Source: a virus. From it: a DNA stretch of 45,821 bases. The DNA lies in the IMG/VR virus record IMGVR_UViG_3300006151_000024, positions 1 through 45,821 of that record; one strand, given 5' to 3'. The notes under the pieces were generated by a model. It ran no database searches, was not told where the DNA came from, and was given only the letters and a program-made list of their open reading frames with translations. A program made the position numbers and the translations under genes. Of this stretch, positions 40,425-45,821 are shown piece after piece. Every line of letters begins with the position of its first letter. Within the stretch, counting starts at the first letter, position 1.

Positions 40425-40960
40425 GTTTCTGGCACCTCCTTGAAGATGGCCGGCGCGGCCAGTTTCAGCGCCATGCCGGCAAAATAATAGGGGTGGGTGT
40501 CCTCCTCTTGTGTCACCCACTTTATGGGGTATTGCACCTCATACCGCCGGCCCACTATGCCGTTTTTGCCGTAGTGGGTCAGAATGGTGTTGACGATGTG
40601 GAGCGCGTCCCGGAAACCCTGGCGGCCCGGATCCGGGTCGCAGACGCACACCACCAGAATGATCTCCACCTGCTGGCGGGTGTCCTGGTCCGGCAGTTCC
40701 CCGCCCGGCACCCGGACGATCACATAAGGCTCCGGCACGTCCTCCGGCTCGGTTTCCTCCGTGGTCTGTCCCTCCGCCTGGTCCGCCTCCAGGTCCTCCT
40801 CCACGGGGTCCGGTTCAATGTCCGCCCCCGCTCGGATCGGCAGGTCCTGGGGATAGACCCGGATCCGCCGATCCACGCCGGCGGAATTTTTCAGGGTTTC
40901 CCCCTGGAAAAGCTGTTCCAAGTCCGCCACCACGGCGTCCTGCAAAAATTCTTGCGTCAC
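40421..40960 (-). CDS. Putative tail-completion/neck protein with an acidic insert
   Basis: GTG 40960 lies 9 nt after AAAGGAGGAGG. The longer track ORF (to 41215) runs into the plus-strand moron region with no RBS. It lies just upstream of the sheath gene. Confidence 0.5.
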   Translation of the reverse strand: MTQEFLQDAVVADLEQLFQGETLKNSAGVDRRIRVYPQDLPIRAGADIEPDPVEEDLEADQAEGQTTEETEPEDVPEPYVIVRVPGGELPDQDTRQQVEIILVVCVCDPDPGRQGFRDALHIVNTILTHYGKNGIVGRRYEVQYPIKWVTQEEDTHPYYFAGMALKLAAPAIFKEVPET

Positions 40961-41062
40961 CTGGTTGTGTCCTCCTCCTTTCGTTTTTCTCTCCATTCTG
41001 CTATACTGAATTTGGTGGCATGGCATTGTCGCTAAATTCGATACAGAAAGGAGGCGTAAACT

Positions 41063-41275
41063 ATGGATCGCTGTCCTGCTTGTGGAACTCCATACAAGAG
41101 TTCCCGCTCTATGTTCTGCGCAAATTGTGGTGAACGTCGCCCCACAGTTGAGAGAAACACATGCACAAACCCCGGCTGTGATAACCATGACCGTCCTCTT
41201 GGTCAAGACGAACACTACTGCGATTTGTGCGGCTCACCCACCACCCTTGGTGAGTTGATTGACAGCATGACCTGA
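41063..41275 (+). CDS. Double zinc-ribbon protein (70 aa), accessory gene
   Basis: AAAGGAGG RBS. Contains CPACG...CANCG and C..PGC...CDLCG. It is on the plus strand, in an AT-richer island. Confidence 0.55.
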   Translation: MDRCPACGTPYKSSRSMFCANCGERRPTVERNTCTNPGCDNHDRPLGQDEHYCDLCGSPTTLGELIDSMT

Positions 41276-41287
41276 TTTCCCCCGCTG

Positions 41288-41317
41288 CCTGTCCGCTGAA
41301 ACTAACCAGCGGACAGG
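41288..41317. terminator. Bidirectional intrinsic terminator between convergent accessory genes
   Basis: cctgtccgctg (41288-41298) pairs with cagcggacagg (41307-41317), a perfect 11-bp stem, followed by cccTTTATTTTGTTT. Confidence 0.7.
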
Positions 41318-41321
41318 CCCT

Positions 41322-41582
41322 TTATTTTGTTTCGTCGATCAGTTTGGCGCCGCAGTTGTAGCAGAAAACCGCCTCCGGCCTATGCCATTGCTTTCCGCAC
41401 TTGCACAAACAGTGTTTTGTCCGAATGATTTTTTCTGCTGTTTCCAGATAAAATCTGTGCGAACTTTGGGCCATAAAGTTGAGGGCTTTCCTTGCGGCGT
41501 CCTGCGTGTGGCACTTGGCTTTAATTTTGATCTCCACTTCTGTGCCGTCCTCGCTGCGGTAAATATTGCTGTGTTCGGTCAT
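41322..41582 (-). CDS. Hypothetical protein with a C-terminal zinc ribbon (86 aa), accessory gene
   Basis: Contains HCLCKCG....CYNCG. AT-richer than the backbone. Confidence 0.5.
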   Translation of the reverse strand: MTEHSNIYRSEDGTEVEIKIKAKCHTQDAARKALNFMAQSSHRFYLETAEKIIRTKHCLCKCGKQWHRPEAVFCYNCGAKLIDETK

Positions 41583-41609
41583 AAAATCCCGGTTCCTTTC
41601 TGCGGCCTC

Positions 41610-41638
41610 TTGACTTGTGACTTTTTGCCGCTTATAAT
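41610..41638 (+). promoter_or_regulatory. Near-consensus promoter for the lipoprotein gene
   Basis: TTGACT (41610-41615), 17-nt spacer, TATAAT (41633-41638). Confidence 0.7.
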
Positions 41639-41704
41639 AACTTTGTGGGAATAATCAGTATTACACTGAAATATCCAACATAACAAAGTAGAGGGGATTG
41701 CACT

Positions 41705-42508
41705 ATGAAACGTACAAAAATGCTTTTTTCCGTTCTTTTCCTTGTTTCACTGTTGCTATTGTTGGCAAGTTGCGGCTGGGTCACTATTTCAGACGGCCCC
41801 AATGCCGAAACTTCTGGTTCCGAACAAAACCCGCCCGCTGAAAGTTCTGCGCCGGTTGCTCCTCCCGCACCTACCCCCGCAAACCCGCTCATGGAGACGG
41901 AACTACATATTGCCGATGTAATGAATGGTTTTGGCACTGAAAAAATCGGGGAATGGGGCTATGTCGAGATTTCAAAAACCGACATGGCCACCGTAACCGG
42001 CGAACAGCTTACAGAATTTTGTCAAAACAAATATGACGGCAAGGGTTTAAATTGGGTTGGTATCATTTTTGAGGACGGCACCGGCCTCCGCGTTGGCCCC
42101 GGATGGAAAGCGCAAATTGACTATGGCCAAATTGATGTTGAAACTGTCACGTTTTCCGATACTGTTGGAACTATCACACCAGAAACCTGGGAAAACGGCG
42201 AAACCCCGACAAGCTACAAATACACTTCCTATGAGGAAATGCACGAAATTCAAGCGGCCATTGAGGCGGCTATACCCGATGAATACAAAGGCACATTCTA
42301 TTCCTGTGATGTCCTCTTGGAAACCGACGGAACATACAGCGTTCTTTTGTCCATCATGGTCAACGTAGTTCCTCCAGAAAGCACCGAAATAATCAAAACT
42401 TTGGAAGATACGATAAACAGCCTTGGCTATGATAATATTTCCTCTATTGATATTTCTGCTTACATGGAAACGCAATCCGGCCTTGAGCGCGTAGACAGCA
42501 ATATGTGA
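41705..42508 (+). CDS. Secreted lipoprotein (267 aa), moron
   Basis: Signal peptide MKRTKMLFSVLFLVSLLLLLASC with lipobox LASC, then a Pro/Ala/Ser linker. It has its own promoter and terminator. Confidence 0.8.
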   Translation: MKRTKMLFSVLFLVSLLLLLASCGWVTISDGPNAETSGSEQNPPAESSAPVAPPAPTPANPLMETELHIADVMNGFGTEKIGEWGYVEISKTDMATVTGEQLTEFCQNKYDGKGLNWVGIIFEDGTGLRVGPGWKAQIDYGQIDVETVTFSDTVGTITPETWENGETPTSYKYTSYEEMHEIQAAIEAAIPDEYKGTFYSCDVLLETDGTYSVLLSIMVNVVPPESTEIIKTLEDTINSLGYDNISSIDISAYMETQSGLERVDSNM

Positions 42509-42521
42509 TTTATCCACACTT

Positions 42522-42545
42522 GCGGCCCTCCGGGGCCGCTTTTTT
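42522..42545 (+). terminator. Intrinsic terminator after the lipoprotein gene
   Basis: gcggccc-tccg-gggccgc followed by TTTTTT (42540-42545). Confidence 0.75.
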
Positions 42546-43143
42546 ATGCCGCTTTTCTCTCCAGCGTCCGCTCTATCTGCCTCCGGATATGCTTTTGCAG
42601 AATAGCGTAATAGTCCATTTCCGCCTCCTCATAGCTTTTTCCATACAGGAGTGGGACTGCCGGTGACATCAACGGATATATTGGCAGTCTGTTTTCCCCC
42701 AGCCTCCTTACAATGGCGGTGTGCCCGCTGTCAAACGTGGTTTCAAACGCTTTCCGCCCACCTACTTCCAGCGCCGTCAGCTGGCTTTCGTTCAGCACTT
42801 TCAGCATGGCCGCCGTGGCTCCCTCGTTCTTGCGCGTCATGTAGGCCATAGCCTCCACCAGCGCCCCCTTAGAGATCAGCCGTGCCTCCAGGTCCTGGCC
42901 GCTGGCCTTTTCCGTGAACATACCGCCCCGCTTTTTTTCTTTCAGGATCCTGTCGTCCGTGATAGCATACCGTTTTCTGGCTTTCTTTCCCATTGTCCGC
43001 CGCATTTCATTGGCTGTTGCGTTCAGCGCGGACGCCAGCACGCTTGGGGCCTTTAATTGATCCGGTATACTGTCCAGCTGACGAATAATTTTTTGCAGCT
43101 CTGCGTCTGTGTCTATCTGCAAAATGTTTTGATTATCGCTCAC
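42544..43143 (-). CDS. Putative tail-completion protein, lambda gpZ-like
   Basis: 199 aa. GTG 43143 overlaps the upstream stop. HTAIVRRLGENRLPIYPLMSPAVPLLYG resembles lambda Z (..HVMQRVAGKNRYPIDVVKIPMAVPL..). The similarity is recalled from memory only. Confidence 0.4.
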   Translation of the reverse strand: MSDNQNILQIDTDAELQKIIRQLDSIPDQLKAPSVLASALNATANEMRRTMGKKARKRYAITDDRILKEKKRGGMFTEKASGQDLEARLISKGALVEAMAYMTRKNEGATAAMLKVLNESQLTALEVGGRKAFETTFDSGHTAIVRRLGENRLPIYPLMSPAVPLLYGKSYEEAEMDYYAILQKHIRRQIERTLERKAA

Positions 43144-43475
43144 GATTTTGGCACCCCCAATTCAATGGACAGGATCCCGGCCTCCTCTTTACAGTCCACA
43201 ACCCTGTACTGCTGGCGGTCCAGCGTCAGGACGGCCCCGATGGCCGGGCGCGATCCGAAGTCTGGCCGGGCCACATAGATCAGGCGGCGGGATTTGTAAA
43301 GGCCGGTCTGCTGGACCCCTAACTTTCCCTTGTCCCGCTCCAGCAGTTCGTTTTCATCCACCAGCACCGCCATTTTTTTGCCGTTGACGGTGTGTGTGTC
43401 TGCAAACTCCAGGCGGTTCAAAAAGACGTTGGACACGTCCGCCGCTATGCACTCCTTAAAGCTGGGGGCGCCCAT
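43140..43475 (-). CDS. Putative head-tail connector protein (111 aa)
   Basis: Called from its position in the head-tail joining cluster and translational coupling (TAATG). No specific motif recognised. Confidence 0.4.
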   Translation of the reverse strand: MGAPSFKECIAADVSNVFLNRLEFADTHTVNGKKMAVLVDENELLERDKGKLGVQQTGLYKSRRLIYVARPDFGSRPAIGAVLTLDRQQYRVVDCKEEAGILSIELGVPKS

Positions 43476-44095
43476 TACAGGGCACCCCCGTCATTCTCCT
43501 GGGGGTTGGCGGTGGCCTGGACCTCCGCCGCCGCGATCAGCTGCGCCCGCTCCTGCTGGTTCTTGGCCGCCGAAACGTCCACGCCCAGCTTTGCCGCCAG
43601 GTCCAGCAGGTCCTCCTTTTTCATGCGCTCCAGTTTCGCCGGGTTCATGTGCCCGGTCAGCATGGCGGGCGCTCCGCCGCCCTGGCCGTTTTCACCCTCT
43701 CCCGGCGCGTTCTGGCCGCCCTGGGCGTCGTTTTCACCGTCGCCGTGGTCCAGCCCCTCCCCGGCTCCTCCGCCGTTCTGGAGGCTCCCAGGGGCAAACA
43801 TGGCGCGGATCTGTTCCTCCATGCTGGCCACGCCCACAAACTCCCCGGCGTCGTCCTCAATGGTCAAGCCCATGGCCCGGATGGCCTCCGCCGCCAGGTC
43901 GTTCACCTTGGATCGCCTGGCGGCCTCCCGGACAGCGGCGCGGGCCGCGTCCTCCATGTCCGCACCCGTCCACGCCGCGCTGTTGGCTTTCAGCCAGGCC
44001 GCCACCATTTTGGGATCCTTGGCGGGGATGGCCTCCCCGCGCTCATAGGTCCGGCCCATGTACTGGATCGGGCGCTGGGCAATCAGCTTTTTCAT
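43475..44095 (-). CDS. Hypothetical head-module protein with a Gly/acidic low-complexity centre and an HeH/Rho-N-like C-terminal motif
   Basis: 206 aa. Contains ..MKKEDLLDLAAKLGVDVSAAKNQQERAQLI. Confidence 0.45.
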   Translation of the reverse strand: MKKLIAQRPIQYMGRTYERGEAIPAKDPKMVAAWLKANSAAWTGADMEDAARAAVREAARRSKVNDLAAEAIRAMGLTIEDDAGEFVGVASMEEQIRAMFAPGSLQNGGGAGEGLDHGDGENDAQGGQNAPGEGENGQGGGAPAMLTGHMNPAKLERMKKEDLLDLAAKLGVDVSAAKNQQERAQLIAAAEVQATANPQENDGGAL

Positions 44096-44110
44096 GCTCC
44101 AGCCCTCCGA

Positions 44111-44473
44111 TCAGCCCAGCAGCTTGACCAGCACACTGGTGGCGATGGTGGCAGCGTCCGCCGCCGCATAGCCGGCGGGCGTGTTGTTCACCGTTTTTTT
44201 GGTGTCGCCCGCCCCCTCCTCCTTGGAGGCGGTGGCGGTGATCACGTCCGCGTCGGCGTCATAGTAGACGGCGGCCCCCTGCTTGATCTCCTCGGTGTTG
44301 GCCTTGGTCATGGCGAACACGCCCACAACATGGACGGCTCCCTGTTCGCCGGCGCGGATAGGCGCGGCGGCCACGCCGATCCGGGTGCCCAGGCTCACCA
44401 CCGCGCCGTTTTCCACGTTCTCGGTGGGGAAGTAGTCCAGGGTTTCGCCTCTCTGGTAATAGTTCGCTTTCAT
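44111..44473 (-). CDS. DUF2190-like head protein (decoration/cement-type)
   Basis: 120 aa. GAVVSLGTRIGVAAAPIRAGEQGAVHVVGVFAMTKA....IKQGAAVYYDA fits the DUF2190 pattern. It lies directly after the capsid gene. Confidence 0.65.
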   Translation of the reverse strand: MKANYYQRGETLDYFPTENVENGAVVSLGTRIGVAAAPIRAGEQGAVHVVGVFAMTKANTEEIKQGAAVYYDADADVITATASKEEGAGDTKKTVNNTPAGYAAADAATIATSVLVKLLG

Positions 44474-44492
44474 GCTTTATTCCTCCTTACTG

Positions 44493-45821
44493 TTACAGGG
44501 CCACGCCGTTGTTGCGCAGGATCCCACGGAAGTCCGCCGCATTGATCCCCCAGTCCAGCCAAATGTCCCACAGATAGCCCAAATAGCCGGCCTTTTCGGA
44601 CCGCCGGAAACTGGGCGCGGTGGTCCCGTTCAGATAGTCCACCTGTACGGACTTCACCAGCCTGGGATCGGACGCCATAAACCAGGGGCAGGCCGCGCCG
44701 GCGGCCAGAATATTCAGGACGGCCTCCTGTACCACCTTGATCTTGTTCTTATACTTGGTGTTCAGCACGTTGACGGTGTGGTTTCCGATCCCCTCCACGT
44801 CAATCTGTGCCGTGCCCAGGATCTGCTCCACTTTCATGCCGTAGCCCACAGGCACCACAATGGTGGCAGGCTCCACCATAATGCTTTCCCCAAACTGGTC
44901 CGTCTGCAGGCCCATCATCTCGATCATCTTCATCAGCACCGCAACGCTGGGGGCGCTGCCCGTGGTGATCAGGTTCTTGTGGGCCGCGTCGAACATGGGG
45001 GCGCCGTCAAAAATGGCGGGATTGTTGTAGATCAGTTCATACACCTGGCGGTTGATCTTCTGCTTGGCCTTGCGGGTGTACTGTTTCGGCATATTGGCCA
45101 GGAAACCAATGTCGTCATTGATAAACGCCTCGCGGGTCATGCTGAACTGGGTGGCGTAGGTGTCCAGCTTGCGGGTGGGCAGCAGGTCCGTCTGCAGGGT
45201 GCTGGCCTTGATCTCCCCGCCCTCGGTCACTTTCTGGAAGTCGCCGCCGCCCATGACGTACTCGTGATCCTTGCTGGCCTTAAAGTCCGGCAGGGTCCCC
45301 TTGCTGGTCCACTCCTCAAATGTGGCCGGCTGGAGGTCGTACTGCTGGACAATGGCCTTTTTGATGGCGTTATCCATGATGGCAGGGAAGTCCGCCGTGG
45401 AACTAAAGAACTGCCGCACCGCCGTGTCCCACAGGTCGGCACGGGACCGGCGCAAAAGTTCCGTAACGGTGCCCTCACCGCTGCGGGCCATGCACTCGAT
45501 CAGCATATCCCGCATGGACATACCCCGCATATCCTCCGCGCCCTGGGCGGGCTTGTCCAGTTCCACGCCCGCCTGGATCAGCATGGCGTCCCTGGCGGCG
45601 TCCCGGAAATTGTCCATTCCGCTGTCCCTGGTGCCTACCACCACCGGGGTGCCGTGCTGGATCATGTAGTCCACGGCGGCGGCCCGCACCTTGTCCATGG
45701 TGTCGCCGTTGCGGATATGCTCCGCCGGGTCCATTCCGGTCTGTCGGCACAGGGCCAGAATGTCATTGATCCGCTGGCGCTCCTCCGCCACGGCCCGCTG
45801 TGCGCTCTCCTCGCTGGTGGC
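44493..45821 (-). CDS. Major capsid protein (HK97-fold), 3' part. The 5' end is at 308..1 across the junction
   Basis: The track ORF 44493..45791 begins at an internal GTG, and the frame stays open to the contig end. 45745-45821 duplicates 1-77. Confidence 0.8.
   Translation of the reverse strand, partial: ATSEESAQRAVAEERQRINDILALCRQTGMDPAEHIRNGDTMDKVRAAAVDYMIQHGTPVVVGTRDSGMDNFRDAARDAMLIQAGVELDKPAQGAEDMRGMSMRDMLIECMARSGEGTVTELLRRSRADLWDTAVRQFFSSTADFPAIMDNAIKKAIVQQYDLQPATFEEWTSKGTLPDFKASKDHEYVMGGGDFQKVTEGGEIKASTLQTDLLPTRKLDTYATQFSMTREAFINDDIGFLANMPKQYTRKAKQKINRQVYELIYNNPAIFDGAPMFDAAHKNLITTGSAPSVAVLMKMIEMMGLQTDQFGESIMVEPATIVVPVGYGMKVEQILGTAQIDVEGIGNHTVNVLNTKYKNKIKVVQEAVLNILAAGAACPWFMASDPRLVKSVQVDYLNGTTAPSFRRSEKAGYLGYLWDIWLDWGINAADFRGILRNNGVAL
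45745..45821. repeat. Terminal direct repeat, copy 2
   Basis: Identical to bases 1-77. Confidence 0.95.

Noticed and set aside
38643-40487. 614-aa plus-strand ORF. Similar long plus-strand ORFs occur at 34574-35998, 28472-29824, 43330-44545 and 14180-15292
   Set aside because: All lie antisense to well-supported structural or early genes. Their composition is low-complexity (Gly/Arg/Pro/His-rich) and they lack RBSs. They are GC-driven open frames, not genes.
40961-41215. 85-codon N-terminal extension of ORF 40421..41215
   Set aside because: It has no RBS and a hydrophobic, Cys-rich nonsense-like sequence. It overlaps the promoter, RBS and start of the plus-strand zinc-ribbon gene. A GTG at 40960 with a strong AAAGGAGGAGG RBS fits better.
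1-45821. Search for tyrosine/serine integrase, excisionase, rRNA, tRNA and CRISPR arrays
   Set aside because: No ORF shows R..HxxR..Y or serine-recombinase N-terminal motifs. No cloverleaf candidates or regularly spaced repeats were seen. Absence is by eye only and should be confirmed with tRNAscan-SE, minced and HMM searches.

Overview
This window is a complete, GC-rich tailed-phage or prophage genome assembled as a circle. Bases 1-77 recur exactly at 45745-45821, so the unique length is 45,744 bp and the major capsid gene runs across the contig junction.

Nearly everything is on the minus strand, as one early-to-late series:
- A near-consensus early promoter with a palindromic operator (20474-20540).
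- About 25 small early genes. These include an HUH rolling-circle Rep, four orphan DNA methyltransferases (a 640-aa C5 enzyme with six tandem target-recognition-like modules, two beta-class N4/N6 enzymes, one MT-A70), an HD hydrolase, a membrane-anchored lytic transglycosylase, and DUF1064, ASCH and Gp37/Gp68 proteins.
- A sigma-region-4-like late regulator, then about 490 bp of apparently non-coding DNA (candidate cos site or late promoter).
- Lambda-like packaging and head genes: Nu1-like TerS, GpA-like TerL, gpW, portal, HK97-type protease, capsid.
- A contractile P2/Mu/PBSX-like tail: sheath, tube, chaperone with a -1 frameshift, tape measure, gpX, gpD, gpV, PAAR, gp25/W, J, I, fibre.
- A complete diversity-generating retroelement (DGR): variable receptor-binding protein, Avd, TR, RT.
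- An XhlA/holin/endolysin/holin lysis cassette.

The only convincing plus-strand genes sit in AT-richer accessory (moron) islands at 22566-23347 and 41063-42508. The lysogeny-side region (20717-22392) has an XRE-type regulator, an Arc/RHH gene and, instead of a tyrosine or serine integrase, an IS30-family DDE transposase. No rRNA, tRNA or CRISPR array was seen.

The most noteworthy observations are:
- The DGR, with TR 27641-27782 and VR 28308-28449 differing almost only at template adenines.
- A roughly 75-nt plus-strand RNA candidate, bounded by a promoter and a terminator, antisense to the early operon (11719-11829).
- The IS30-type enzyme as the sole recombinase.
- The methyltransferase battery.
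- The moron islands.

All functional calls come from reading motifs in the translated ORFs by eye. No database search was possible.
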